Counted from the first letter of the stretch, positions 8,686-18,466 are shown. The stretch: DNA of 64,000 nt from Patescibacteria group bacterium (GCA_035530075.1 DATKVM010000005.1:231006-295005); one strand, 5' to 3'. Program-made: numbers and translations. The notes: generated by a model from the letters alone, not told the origin.

Positions 8686-9192
8686 GTGGTTAGACAGTAT
8701 TCTGCCGGCGGGGTGGTTTTCAAAAAAGAAGATGGCCAGACTCTTTGGCTTTTGATCCAGCCTGCCCGCATTGCTACGCAAAGCGTTGCAGGTGAGCCGG
8801 CCGGCAAAGACGAGTTCCATAAACGAATTCGCTGGCAACTGCCTAAGGGTTGGATTAATGAGGGTGAAAAAACCGAAGCGGCGGCGATACGGGAAGTGGC
8901 TGAGGAGGGGGGAGTTAAGGCAAAAATTATCTCCAAGATAGACTCGATAAAGATTTTCTTCAGCAATACCTTTGAAGGCAAGCCCGAGGAAAAAATTTTA
9001 AAAACCATTGCTTTTTATTTAATGGAATATTTGGGAGAAAAGGCTAATGGCCATGATGAGGAAGTAGCTGAAGTGGCTTGGCTGCCTTTTGAAGAAGCCA
9101 AAGGAAGGCTGACTTTTAAAAGTGAAAAAGAAGTTTTAACCAAAGCCAAAGAGATTTTAGAAAATCCACTACCGCAACAAGCACTTTTTTAA
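8686..9192 (+). CDS. Nudix hydrolase
   Basis: GTG start 2 nt after the tRNA-Arg. Nudix box 'GWINEGEKTEAAAIREVAEEGGV' (Gx5Ex7REUxEExGU). Confidence 0.75.
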   Translation: MVRQYSAGGVVFKKEDGQTLWLLIQPARIATQSVAGEPAGKDEFHKRIRWQLPKGWINEGEKTEAAAIREVAEEGGVKAKIISKIDSIKIFFSNTFEGKPEEKILKTIAFYLMEYLGEKANGHDEEVAEVAWLPFEEAKGRLTFKSEKEVLTKAKEILENPLPQQALF

Positions 9193-9233
9193 GCTCGCAA
9201 TTTGCCTCAAAATCAAGTAAAATAGGCATATCC

Positions 9234-9268
9234 GGAGAGGTCGCATAAGCAAGCTTGACCGACCTCTC
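9234..9268 (+). repeat. Duplicated 5' fragment of tRNA-Ser(GGA) forming a hairpin (GGAGAGGTCG...CGACCTCTC) around 'ATAAGCAAGCTTGAC'
   Basis: 9234-9247 'ggagaggtcgcata' equals the first 14 nt of the tRNA at 9278. The junction motif AGCAAGCTTGA resembles AGCATAGCTTGA in the 8495-8583 remnant. Confidence 0.4.
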
Positions 9269-9277
9269 TTGATATTC

Positions 9278-9364
9278 GGAGAGGTCGCATAGTGGTCGAG
9301 TGCACGCGCTTGGAGAGCGCGCAGGGCCGAGAGGCTCTCGCGGGTTCGAATCCCGCTCTCTCCG
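9278..9364 (+). tRNA. tRNA-Ser(GGA)
   Basis: Acceptor GGAGAGG/TCTCTCC (one G-U pair); anticodon stem CGCGC/GCGCG with loop TTGGAGA (anticodon GGA); long variable arm; T-arm GCGGG-TTCGAAT-CCCGC. Confidence 0.8.
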
Positions 9365-9447
9365 CAACGCGGAAATAGGGATATGAAGAACCTTAAATTT
9401 ACCAATCTGGCAATGTTTATTATCTTTTTGGGCCGACTTTAGGAAAA

Positions 9448-9843
9448 ATGGATAAGGAGCGAGAAGTCAGTTTAAGAGGCCATCATTTACACAGTTTCTC
9501 CGACTATGTGGCCTATCGAGATGCTGGTTGGGGGACTGATCCAATCGAAGACGCAAGGTCGTTGGGTTATGGCGAAGATTTTGTTCAAGCGAAGCAAGAG
9601 ATTTATGCTCAAATTTATGATGAATATGAGCAGACACGGGTTTCGATTGTTGATGGTCTTGATACCCAGTGTCAAAGAAATTGCTTAAAAAAGAATCCTG
9701 ATGTTTGTCTGGGGCCCAAAAGCGGAGGAATTGATGCTTCTGCCGCCAGTCTTTTTGGCTTTCAAGTTGGGCAGGCCTATCCAGCGAAAGCTCTTATCAA
9801 TGCCTGCAGGCGGAGGCGCCCTAGTGCAGAACCGATTCCCTGA
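9448..9843 (+). CDS. Hypothetical protein
   Basis: 131-aa ORF on the same strand as the downstream dnaG. No recognisable motif. Confidence 0.35.
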   Translation: MDKEREVSLRGHHLHSFSDYVAYRDAGWGTDPIEDARSLGYGEDFVQAKQEIYAQIYDEYEQTRVSIVDGLDTQCQRNCLKKNPDVCLGPKSGGIDASAASLFGFQVGQAYPAKALINACRRRRPSAEPIP

Positions 9844-9892
9844 TGCTCTGCTAGGCTCGTTTTAATTCTTCTTCTGATATAATCAGGCTAGA

Positions 9893-11713
9893 ATGGATCA
9901 AATAGAAGAAATCCGCTCAAAAATTGATTTAGTCCAATTTATCTCCGAGTTTCTCCCCTTGAAAAAAGCCGGTCGGAATTTTAAAGGTCTTTGTCCCTTC
10001 CATGCGGAAAAGACCCCTTCATTTATGGTTTCGCCCGAGCGGCAGATTTGGCACTGCTTTGGCTGTGGAGCCGGTGGTGATGTCTTCGGTTTCTTGATGC
10101 AAATGGAAAGGATTGAGTTTGGCGAAGCCCTGCGGCTTTTGGCCAAAAAGACCGGTATTACTCTACAAAGCTACCAGCCGACCAAATCGGAGTCTGAAAA
10201 AGAAAAGCTTTTCCAAGCCAATCATTTAGCGGCCGAGTTTTTCCATTATTTACTCCTTAATCACAAAATCGGAGATAAAGCTTTAAGCTACATTCTCCAG
10301 CGGGGGATTAGTAAAGACTCGCTTTCCCTTTTTAAAATCGGTTACGCCCCGCCAATGTGGGATGGTTTGCAGAAGTTTTTAGTTGGCAAAAAGAATTTTG
10401 CTCCGGCCGATTTAGAAAAAGCCGGCTTAACCATTCGGGGTTCACGATCCGGTTTTTATGACCGCTTCCGCAACCGGTTAATGTTTCCTCTTTTGGACCA
10501 CCGGGGTAATGTCACTGGTTTTGCTGGCAGGGTGCTTCCAGAGGGAAAAGAAGCCCGCCTGCCATCGCCTGCGGCCCGCCCGCCTAGCTTCGCAACGCGA
10601 AACGGGCAGGCTCAGGCTGCTGGCGGGCAGGCGAAGTATGTCAATACTCCGGAAACCCTCATTTATCACAAGAGCGAACTTTTGTATCCGCTCCAAATTA
10701 CTAAGGAGGCAATTAAAAAAGAAAATGCTGTCGTTGTGGTTGAGGGGGAACTGGACGCGATTTCGTCCTACCAAATTGGGATTGAAAATGTGGTCGCCAT
10801 TAAAGGCTCAGCCTTGACCGACGCCCAAGCACGGCTTTTAAAACGTTTTGCCGAAAATTTAATTCTCTCTTTAGACGCGGACGCCGCGGGAGATATGGCT
10901 TCTCGGCGGGGGATTGAAATTGCCGATGGTTTGGGCTTAAACATTAAAGTCGTTTCTCTGGAAAAGTATAAAGACCCGGATGAAGCGGCTCAAAAAGAAC
11001 CGGAATATCTGAAAAAGCAGTTGGCCAAGGCCGAAAATATTTACGATTTCTTTATTAACTCCGCCTTTAAGCGCTTGCGGGGCCAAACGGCGGAAGAAAA
11101 AAAGAAAATCGGTCAGGAAATTATCCCGATATTAGGCAAAATTGAGGATCAAATTATGAAAGATGTTTTTATTAAAAAGTTGGCTGATCGGTTAGGAGTG
11201 AACGAGGAATCGATTATTTTGCAGATTGAGAAATTCCTTTTTAAAACTCCGTCGGTTCCCAAAACTTCTTCTCCGCCGGAGATTCGTCAGCGGCGGGAAA
11301 TTTTGGAAGAGTATTTCTTGGCGCTGCTTTTCCAGAGCAAAGAAACGGAAACTCTCCTTAAGGAAAAAGGTTTACTCTCTTTGCCCTTAAGCCTGAAGCT
11401 GATTAAGGCTTTGGCAGACTATTTGACGGAAAAAAAGAAATTCTCCAGCCGATTCTTCTTTAAAGCCTTACCGGGAGAACTGCGCGAGGGGTTTGACCGG
11501 CTGTATTTAGTCGATTTCGGCGAGCGGATTGAGGAGCCCGATTGGGTGGCTAAAGAAATTCAAAAAACCAAAGCCCAGTTGGAAACTTTAAAAATTAAAG
11601 AAGAGCTTCGGGCGATTTGGCAGGCGCTTCGTCAAAATCCAGCGGCAGAAGAAGAAAGCCGCCAAAAAATTCTGCGCTTGACCCAAAAACTCTCCGCTCT
11701 GGAAAAGGCCTAA
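9893..11713 (+). CDS. dnaG: DNA primase DnaG
   Basis: N-terminal zinc-binding 'CPFHAEKTPSF...WHCFGCGAGGD' followed by the TOPRIM region 'VVVEGELDAIS'. The gene carries a ~30-aa Pro/Ala/Gly-rich in-frame segment (10552-10634) that is locally GC-rich and palindromic. Confidence 0.9.
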   Translation: MDQIEEIRSKIDLVQFISEFLPLKKAGRNFKGLCPFHAEKTPSFMVSPERQIWHCFGCGAGGDVFGFLMQMERIEFGEALRLLAKKTGITLQSYQPTKSESEKEKLFQANHLAAEFFHYLLLNHKIGDKALSYILQRGISKDSLSLFKIGYAPPMWDGLQKFLVGKKNFAPADLEKAGLTIRGSRSGFYDRFRNRLMFPLLDHRGNVTGFAGRVLPEGKEARLPSPAARPPSFATRNGQAQAAGGQAKYVNTPETLIYHKSELLYPLQITKEAIKKENAVVVVEGELDAISSYQIGIENVVAIKGSALTDAQARLLKRFAENLILSLDADAAGDMASRRGIEIADGLGLNIKVVSLEKYKDPDEAAQKEPEYLKKQLAKAENIYDFFINSAFKRLRGQTAEEKKKIGQEIIPILGKIEDQIMKDVFIKKLADRLGVNEESIILQIEKFLFKTPSVPKTSSPPEIRQRREILEEYFLALLFQSKETETLLKEKGLLSLPLSLKLIKALADYLTEKKKFSSRFFFKALPGELREGFDRLYLVDFGERIEEPDWVAKEIQKTKAQLETLKIKEELRAIWQALRQNPAAEEESRQKILRLTQKLSALEKA

Positions 11714-11755
11714 CCACTGCTTTAAATTTAAGCTTAATTGAGGTAAAATTAAGGT

Positions 11756-12883
11756 ATGAAAAAGGCGGACAGCAAAGAAGAGGCAAAGACAACTAAGCCG
11801 GCGACGGTGGATACCAAAGCCGTCAAAAAACTTTTTGAAAAAGGAAAGAAGGAAGGTTTCATTACTCAGGAAGAAGTTTTAACTGTTTTTCCCTTTGCGG
11901 AAGACTACTTAGAAGAACTGGATGAATTTTACTCCAAAGTTATTGATGAGGGGATTGACATTTTTGAGAGTATCAGCGAAGAGGAGCTTAAAGAGACGGA
12001 GCGGATGGCAAAGGATTTTGCCCGGGAGATTGAAGTTTTATCCGCGCTTGAAGCTCCCTCGGTGGCCGATCCCGTCCGGATGTATCTGCGAGAAATCGGT
12101 CGCATTCCGCTTCTGACTGCGGCAGAAGAAATCGATTTGGCCCAGAGAATCGAAAAAGGCGATATGGCTGCCAAAAAGAAATTAACCGAGTCTAACTTGA
12201 GACTGGTGGTTTCTATCGCTAAGCGCTATGTTGGCCGAGGTTTAACCTTGCTAGATTTAATTCAAGAAGGTAATCAAGGCCTAATTCGGGCGGTGGAAAA
12301 ATATGATTGGCGAAGAGGTTATAAATTTTCTACTTATGCCACTTGGTGGATTCGCCAGGCAATTACCCGGGCGATTGCCGACCAAGCCAGAACGATTAGG
12401 GTTCCCGTTCATATGGTTGAGACGATTAACAAGCTAATGCGCACTTCTCGCAAGCTAATGCAGGAGTTGGGGCGTGACCCAACGCCGGAAGAAATCGGCA
12501 AGATAATGGAGATTTCCGCCACCAAAGTTCGGGAAATTTTGAAAATTGCCCAGGGAACAACTTCCTTGGAGGCGCCGGTGGGAGATGAAGAAGACTCTTT
12601 GCTGGGGGATTTTATTGCCGATACTGCGCCTTCACCGTACGACACCGCCTCCAAGCAGCTTTTAAAAGACAATATTAGGGAAGTTTTGGAAACTCTTTCT
12701 CCGAGAGAAGCCAAGGTTTTGGTCTATCGATTTGGTTTAGAGGGCGGCAGGCCAATGACTTTGGAAGAGGTGGGTAAAAAGTTTGGGGTGACTCGGGAGC
12801 GAATCAGGCAAATAGAAGCCAAAGCCTTAAGAAAACTTAAACATCCTTCGAGAAGGAAGAAACTGCAGGATTATTTGGAGTAA
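11756..12883 (+). CDS. rpoD: RNA polymerase primary sigma factor (sigma-70 family)
   Basis: Region 2 '[37 protein letters not shown]' and region 4 '[27 protein letters not shown]'. dnaG-rpoD gene order is classic. Confidence 0.9.
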   Translation: MKKADSKEEAKTTKPATVDTKAVKKLFEKGKKEGFITQEEVLTVFPFAEDYLEELDEFYSKVIDEGIDIFESISEEELKETERMAKDFAREIEVLSALEAPSVADPVRMYLREIGRIPLLTAAEEIDLAQRIEKGDMAAKKKLTESNLRLVVSIAKRYVGRGLTLLDLIQEGNQGLIRAVEKYDWRRGYKFSTYATWWIRQAITRAIADQARTIRVPVHMVETINKLMRTSRKLMQELGRDPTPEEIGKIMEISATKVREILKIAQGTTSLEAPVGDEEDSLLGDFIADTAPSPYDTASKQLLKDNIREVLETLSPREAKVLVYRFGLEGGRPMTLEEVGKKFGVTRERIRQIEAKALRKLKHPSRRKKLQDYLE

Positions 12884-13645
12884 TCATTCCCAACGGCCTT
12901 TGACTAAAGCCTCAATCGGATGAATGGATTTTTCCAGTTTAAGGTCGGAAAAGATTTCGGCCGTCTCCAGGGTTTCTTTTTGTGGCTGAAGCCTAATGCC
13001 CAATTCCTTAATATAGTTTTGAGCCGCCGGAATGAATAAAATTTGGGTCCCGATGTAGTTTAAAAATTGCGGTAAGTCCCGGGAAATAAAACGGCGGTTA
13101 TCAAATTCCTTTTGCAGGTTCTCCGGATAGCGGGCCTCTTGGGCTTCTTCTAAACCAACTCCTGCTGGAGTAGGCTGGTTAGGATTTTTGACGCTTAAGA
13201 TGTAGCTGGCTTGCTTTTCAATATTTAAGTCTTTCTGAACCGGGCCTAAGGTTTCCGGCAATTCCAAAGCAAAAACCAAATGGTCGTGCCTATCGTGTTT
13301 TGCCAAAGCATAAACGCCCTCTCCCGCCGGCCGGCCCGGGCCGCGGAAGCGCTCGCCCCTGGTCGCGGTTTGGTATTTTTCCGGGTCAAAAGTATTTTCA
13401 ATTGCTTCGGCTGAAGGATTAACATCTTCGACAAAAGCCCAATAAGCCTCGCCCCGCTGCCTAATCGGGGGCAGTTTTTTGTGACCAATAATTAAAAGCC
13501 GATATTGGTTTTGGTCAAGGGGGTGCATGACCAAATAGAAACGCTCCACCTCGGCCAGACCGGTCACTTTTTCTTCTTGAACCCGGGGAGCATAGATAAA
13601 ATAAATTTCTCCCTTTTCCAAAATTTTGGCTGGCCGCTTTTCCAT
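12884..13645 (-). CDS. Hypothetical protein
   Basis: 253-aa ORF, convergent with rpoD. No motif I can name. Confidence 0.4.
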   Translation of the reverse strand: MEKRPAKILEKGEIYFIYAPRVQEEKVTGLAEVERFYLVMHPLDQNQYRLLIIGHKKLPPIRQRGEAYWAFVEDVNPSAEAIENTFDPEKYQTATRGERFRGPGRPAGEGVYALAKHDRHDHLVFALELPETLGPVQKDLNIEKQASYILSVKNPNQPTPAGVGLEEAQEARYPENLQKEFDNRRFISRDLPQFLNYIGTQILFIPAAQNYIKELGIRLQPQKETLETAEIFSDLKLEKSIHPIEALVKGRWE

Positions 13646-13731
13646 AAACGAAAATTATGAGGATCTTTGATGAAGAATTCTTTAAGTTTGCTTAAGAAAT
13701 GGGCAAGAGAAGGGGAAACGAGTGCTGATTA

Positions 13732-14142
13732 CTAACGCCAATTTTCTCGGTTTTGATACATCCAGTTGGTTACGTTACCTCTCTCGCACCACTGAATGGC
13801 TTTTTTCAATTCATATTGGCTAAGAGTCTGAGAAAGAGACTCCTTCGGGGGAATTTTACCAGAATAGAAGCTTTGTAAAACCGGTAGGGCTCGTTTATCG
13901 GCCAATTGACCTAGTGTCCAAATGGCCGTGTTTCTTTCTCGGAAAGTCTTTTCGTCAGACTGCAGAAGTTTGGTAAGCGAGTTAACGCAGTCTTCTTTGT
14001 ATTCCTTTTGGGCCTTTAAGCAGGTGACCTTTACTTTCTGATAAATTACTCCAAGGGTATATAAGAAAAAAATCAAGGCGAGAGTAGTAACAAAGATAGT
14101 TGAAGCCAAGATAATCTTTTTAAGATTTGCCATCCTCTTCAT
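13732..14142 (-). CDS. Membrane-anchored hypothetical protein
   Basis: 136 aa with one N-terminal TM helix ('IILASTIFVTTLALIFFLYTLGVIY'). Its stop abuts the arsM-like gene. Confidence 0.4.
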   Translation of the reverse strand: MKRMANLKKIILASTIFVTTLALIFFLYTLGVIYQKVKVTCLKAQKEYKEDCVNSLTKLLQSDEKTFRERNTAIWTLGQLADKRALPVLQSFYSGKIPPKESLSQTLSQYELKKAIQWCERGNVTNWMYQNRENWR

Positions 14143-14143
14143 G

Positions 14144-14896
14144 CTAACTATATTTAACCGCCGAAAAAGTAATACTTAGTCCGTAATCTGGTAAAAACGC
14201 CGGTATCTCTTTATGAATTGTGATATCTGTAAACCCTGCTTTTTCCAAGAGTTTCAAATAGTCTTGTTTAAGAATGGCGCCGCTGATACAGCCGACTAAA
14301 AGTTCCTTATCATTTTTCAAGTCGTCCGGCAACGGTTTGGTTAAAACAACATCGGAGACCATCAGTCTTCCCCCTGGTTTTAATACCCGGGATATCTCTT
14401 TAAAAACCCTTTCTTTATTGGGAGCCAAGTTGATGACGCAATTGGAGATGACCGCATTAACCGAGTTGTCTTCAACCGGCAGCTCTTCAATATCACCCTT
14501 CCTAAATTCAACATTAGTAAAACCGCCTTTTGTGGCGTTGTTTCTTGCTTTTATAAGCATCTCCTCTGTCATGTCAACCCCAATAACCTTGCCTGTCTTA
14601 CCGACTTTACGAGCGGCCAGAAAACAATCAAAACCCGCTCCTGAACCTAAATCCAAAACCACTTCGCCGGTCCTTAAAGAAGCAATCGCGAGCGGATTGC
14701 CACAGCCAAGACCAAGATTGGAGCCCGCCGGAGCTTGGTTCATTTCGTTTTGGGAATAACCCATTTGTCCGGACTGTTTTTGAACAGTTAGGTTAGAATC
14801 GCAACCGCAACTCCCGCACCCGCAGCTGCCGGAAGATTTGGCGATATCGGCATACGATTTCTTAACCAGCTTTTTAATTGTTTCCGATTTCTTCAT
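14144..14896 (-). CDS. arsM: Arsenite S-adenosylmethionine methyltransferase ArsM-like
   Basis: Motif I '[20 protein letters not shown]'. The ArsM/AS3MT-characteristic segments '[29 protein letters not shown]' and 'VGCISGAIL' are present, together with a Cys-rich N-terminus ('CGCGSCGCD'). Confidence 0.65.
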   Translation of the reverse strand: MKKSETIKKLVKKSYADIAKSSGSCGCGSCGCDSNLTVQKQSGQMGYSQNEMNQAPAGSNLGLGCGNPLAIASLRTGEVVLDLGSGAGFDCFLAARKVGKTGKVIGVDMTEEMLIKARNNATKGGFTNVEFRKGDIEELPVEDNSVNAVISNCVINLAPNKERVFKEISRVLKPGGRLMVSDVVLTKPLPDDLKNDKELLVGCISGAILKQDYLKLLEKAGFTDITIHKEIPAFLPDYGLSITFSAVKYS

Positions 14897-14947
14897 GATT
14901 CAATTTTAACACGAGCTGGAAGCAAAAACGATACCTGCGCCAGGCGT

Positions 14948-15024
14948 GTCTAACAAATAAATCATTTGGTCATGTTGGCAGGAGAGAGAAGGGGTGGGAA
15001 AAGTTAGATTAAGAAAATACAGCC
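14948..15024 (+). repeat. Island repeat copy R1 (degenerate)
   Basis: '...ggcaggagagagaaggggtgggaaaagttagattaagaaaatacagcc' matches the right half of the consensus CAAGTTTAGACCTAATTGGTGGGCGAGGGGAGGGTTGGGAGAAGTTAGATTAAGAAAATTCAGCC. Confidence 0.6.
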
Positions 15025-15143
15025 ACGCAATGGAAAATACCAGAAATTATTTACGATGAAGAAATTGAGGCTAAAAGATTTGCCCCCCCCAAAGTTGCGA
15101 TTGTAAAATGATGCCTCTATAATCCCTCTCATTATGGTAGAAG

Positions 15144-15446
15144 GTGACAGGCGGTACCAATATGGGGAGCAGTTTTAGGAGATATTCAACAAAGAGGCTT
15201 GAAGCAATAGTGCGCCAAGCACAAGAAGTTCTGGATGAAAGAGACCTAACTAGAAATGGCCTGTTAATAGAAAGATTTCTGGAGATTCACAATCCAGCTA
15301 GGGGGTGTCAAGTCCAACAAAATAAAGAGCATAGACGGAGCGGTTTTTTCGATTGTGATGGTATTGAACACTCGGTTGAGGTGACTGGCTATTCTTGTCA
15401 AACTCACGGGACCAGTAGCGAAAGACGTTTTGGTGAAATTAATTAA
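15144..15446 (+). CDS. Hypothetical small protein
   Basis: 100-aa ORF inside the island. Confidence 0.3.
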   Translation: MTGGTNMGSSFRRYSTKRLEAIVRQAQEVLDERDLTRNGLLIERFLEIHNPARGCQVQQNKEHRRSGFFDCDGIEHSVEVTGYSCQTHGTSSERRFGEIN

Positions 15447-15477
15447 GCCGATCTCCAATCCTTATCCCTTCAAGTAG

Positions 15478-16374
15478 CTAAAGCATTCCGCCTTTTAACA
15501 GCCTGAACTCCTTTTTAGTTTCCCAGATATTTTTTAGTTGGTCAAAATTATCATCCGGTTTCTGCATTAACCTTGCTAGATTATCTATTTCACCTAATTG
15601 CTCCTCTGATAATTTGTCAAACTTACCAAAATGAGTTATTTGGGGAGTGTGGTGGTAAATAATTTCATCATTCATCAAGCAGTGGAAGTCATAAAAGAGT
15701 TCCCAGGAAATTGCGATTAATCCTCCGTTGCCGCCGGCATTCCAAAAGTGCTGGCCATCGATTTTACCGCTTCGTACTGCCAGCCAGGCATCAGGCGAAA
15801 AGTCAAAAGTTCCTTCCGGAATATCGTAAGGATCAAATTTTAAATACCCTTCGATACTCCCGTCAACGTCAATGGTTACCCACCTGGACTCTTTTTCATT
15901 CCAATATTGATTTAGCCAGTGGTCATCGCTTTTACCGCCCGGTAAGCCATCTACATTGAAGTAGGGAGAAAATCCCGAACGCACACGAGCCGGAATACCT
16001 TTTATCTTTAACAAAGAAGCCATTAAGATTGAGGTAGATCTACAAGTTAGGACTAACTTATTTTCCGCTTCTCTGTCTAGTACTAATCCTCTTGAATCCC
16101 TTCTAAACAGTTCCGCCAACATGGCGGAAGCGGTTATAAACACATCGTCTTCAGGTTGCCTGGTCCAGGGCACTCTGGTTGTGTCTCCATATCTTAAATC
16201 TGCGTTCGAACCGGTATTACCATTTTTCAAAGTCATTCGATGCATGAGTTGTTTTCTAACCAAGAGCCCGATTTCCCTAATATTGTCCGGTAAAGACTTT
16301 TGGAGAATGTCTTGGTAAAGACCCGGGTTGGTATACTGACTAAATTGAAGATAAAAACTTATTATTTTTTTCAT
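15478..16374 (-). CDS. Transglutaminase-like superfamily protein
   Basis: 298 aa. Putative Cys/His/Asp arrangement ('LTCRSTSILMASLL...', '...DDHWLNQYW...', 'IDVDGS'). Confidence 0.5.
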   Translation of the reverse strand: MKKIISFYLQFSQYTNPGLYQDILQKSLPDNIREIGLLVRKQLMHRMTLKNGNTGSNADLRYGDTTRVPWTRQPEDDVFITASAMLAELFRRDSRGLVLDREAENKLVLTCRSTSILMASLLKIKGIPARVRSGFSPYFNVDGLPGGKSDDHWLNQYWNEKESRWVTIDVDGSIEGYLKFDPYDIPEGTFDFSPDAWLAVRSGKIDGQHFWNAGGNGGLIAISWELFYDFHCLMNDEIIYHHTPQITHFGKFDKLSEEQLGEIDNLARLMQKPDDNFDQLKNIWETKKEFRLLKGGML

Positions 16375-16417
16375 CCACTCTCATTTTATCAAATTAAAGC
16401 AACATCTTTATTTTTGG

Positions 16418-16460
16418 TCAGATTAAAAAAATTCAGCCCCCATCCTGGATGAAGTTCGAA
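16418..16460 (+). repeat. Island repeat copy R2 (right-end fragment, ...AGATTAAAAAAATTCAGCCCCCATCCTGGATGAAGTTCGAAC)
   Basis: Near-identical to the right end of R4 (22391-22437). Confidence 0.6.
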
Positions 16461-16461
16461 C

Positions 16462-16767
16462 TTATTTTTTGGCTCCGAAGAAACCGAAGAATCCAAAAAA
16501 ACCAAAAAGTCCAGTGCTGCCCCCTAATCCCAATAAGCCAAACAATCCTATCCAGCCAAGCTTCCACAAATCCCTTGGTTTGCCCTTTCTAATATAATTG
16601 ATTGTATTTTGAACGACTGAAATCACAAATCCAAGAGCAAATATAAAGGTTAGAAGGAAAAATACTGGTTCTTCAATTTTGGAGACACCATAAATAGCGT
16701 TATGCAAAACAATAGAAAGTATGGTCAGCCCGAACAAAATATAGTTTCTTTTTGTTTGTTTTTCCAT
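16462..16767 (-). CDS. Small membrane protein with a Gly/Phe-rich tail (GLFGFFGFFGFFG)
   Basis: 101 aa and two TM helices. Last gene of the minus-strand operon. Confidence 0.4.
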   Translation of the reverse strand: MEKQTKRNYILFGLTILSIVLHNAIYGVSKIEEPVFFLLTFIFALGFVISVVQNTINYIRKGKPRDLWKLGWIGLFGLLGLGGSTGLFGFFGFFGFFGAKK

Positions 16768-16795
16768 ATTATTTATTCTACCAGAAAACTGTCTT

Positions 16796-17797
16796 CTAGG
16801 TATTTTTAATTAAACTCCAAGTGGCATATTCTTCAGGAGTTAAGGTCGGCTCTTTGGCGGATTTTTGGCGGTAAGACCGCTCGAAGTGGGGGACCAGAAT
16901 ATCTTTCTCATAGGATTTAATAATGACGGGATGAATATAGTAGGTGCGGCAGACTTTCTTGGTATTGCCAAGCTGGGTTGAGACTTCGGCCACCACTTCA
17001 GAGAGATTGTTTTTTAAATCCGCCTCGGAAAGCGCCTTGCCTTTTTTATACAGCCAGTCTCCGGCTAAAACGCTGCCGCCCCAGGTGCGAAAATCTTTAG
17101 CGGAAAAATCTGCTCCCGTATGAGTTTGCAAGTAATTGTTCACCTCGGCTGCGTCGACCACTTGCCGGTTATTATTTTCGTCTAAATACTGAAACACTTG
17201 ATAGCCGGGAAGGTCAATGCAGGCCTTAATCGTTCTGGCCACTCGGGGATGATTGACCCCCAGTTCATGAAAGACCCCGCTTTTACCTTCAAAGCTAAAG
17301 GTCATCGTATTGCCTTCAACCTCAATATGCTTTTTGCGCATGGTGGTTAGGCCGTAGGACTGGTTTTCTTCGGCGTAGGTTTGATTGCCCACCCGGATAA
17401 AAGTGTGCTCCAAAAGCCAGACGACCGTGGCAACGACGCGATTTTGAGTTAGAGAGTGTTCTCGCATATGGCCGCTGACGACTTCGCGCAGGGCGGGGAG
17501 CCGCTCGCCAAAAGCTACCATTTGGTCAAACTTTTTTTCTTGGTTGCGCTTAATCCACTCGGGGTGATAAATATATTGTTTGCGGCCGGCTGCGTCCACG
17601 CCAATCGCCTGAACATAATCGTCGGGGTCTGAGCTAACAACCACCTCGGTCCAGGCGGGGGGAATGGCCAACGCGGCTAAACGCTCGGCCGCCGTTTTGG
17701 AAACCGGCTTGCCTTTTTCATCGATAAACCCAAAGCCATTACCTCTCTTAACCCGCCGCCAAGGAAGTTCTGTATCTTTCCGATAATGAATTGTCAC
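16796..17797 (-). CDS. DNA topoisomerase IB (poxvirus/bacterial type)
   Basis: 'AIPPAWTEV...AIGVDAAGRKQYIYHPEW' and the C-terminal 'LGNTKKVCRTYYIHP' match bacterial TopIB motifs, including the catalytic Tyr region. Confidence 0.7.
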   Translation of the reverse strand: MTIHYRKDTELPWRRVKRGNGFGFIDEKGKPVSKTAAERLAALAIPPAWTEVVVSSDPDDYVQAIGVDAAGRKQYIYHPEWIKRNQEKKFDQMVAFGERLPALREVVSGHMREHSLTQNRVVATVVWLLEHTFIRVGNQTYAEENQSYGLTTMRKKHIEVEGNTMTFSFEGKSGVFHELGVNHPRVARTIKACIDLPGYQVFQYLDENNNRQVVDAAEVNNYLQTHTGADFSAKDFRTWGGSVLAGDWLYKKGKALSEADLKNNLSEVVAEVSTQLGNTKKVCRTYYIHPVIIKSYEKDILVPHFERSYRQKSAKEPTLTPEEYATWSLIKNT

Positions 17798-17835
17798 CAG
17801 TATATTGTAGCAAAACTAGAGGGTAGATAAAGAAA

Positions 17836-18465
17836 CTAACTTAACCATTTTGTAAGTTGTTGGCCGATTTTCGTCACCAAATCATGAGCACCAGATAAAT
17901 TAGCTGCAATACCAACCGCTGACCATGCCGCTTGGATAATTTTTTTTGTTGGATTGGGTTTAATTAGTTGGGCTTTAATCACCTCAATATCTCCAACAAG
18001 ATTTCTTTTTTCTTCATCAGATAACTGGGCTTCTTTAATGATGCCTATCAATTTGTCCAGATCGTTTATAGAACTTCCACTTGCCTGAGAGATAGTCCCA
18101 TATTGATGGCCCGAGACAAAGATCACATTTGCCCCTTCTTCAGCCTCAATTGTGACAGAAGATAAGGCTTTTTGGGAAAATTTCGAATCTTCAAATAACC
18201 GAATGCCTTTATTAGATATCCTTATTTCTTGAAACAAAATAGATTGTCCTGTTAGTTTCACCCGTTCATTCCTAGTGTCAATGTATTTCTCGCCAATCAA
18301 GTAATCAATATTATTCTTAATCCTAATTCTATCTAACTCTGCAGAGCGTAAATCGCCAATCACTTTTTCTGAAGTAGTCCACTGAGCCCTTGATTTGTTG
18401 AAGTCATAAAGATATCTAAGGATTTTTTCTTTTACTTCGTCTTCGGAAAGAGTATTCGAGTCCAT
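17836..18465 (-). CDS. Hypothetical protein (operon member)
   Basis: 209 aa. Stop/start 2 nt from the upstream gene. Confidence 0.4.
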   Translation of the reverse strand: MDSNTLSEDEVKEKILRYLYDFNKSRAQWTTSEKVIGDLRSAELDRIRIKNNIDYLIGEKYIDTRNERVKLTGQSILFQEIRISNKGIRLFEDSKFSQKALSSVTIEAEEGANVIFVSGHQYGTISQASGSSINDLDKLIGIIKEAQLSDEEKRNLVGDIEVIKAQLIKPNPTKKIIQAAWSAVGIAANLSGAHDLVTKIGQQLTKWLS

Positions 18466-18466
18466 A

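Noticed and set aside
8312-9405. Minus-strand ORFs 8312-8551, 8592-9008, 9116-9367 and 9169-9405
   Set aside because: They lie antisense across tRNA-Ser(CGA), tRNA-Arg(CCG), tRNA-Ser(GGA) or the Nudix gene, and have Arg/Ser/Pro-rich, low-complexity translations. They are artefacts of GC-rich tRNA sequence.
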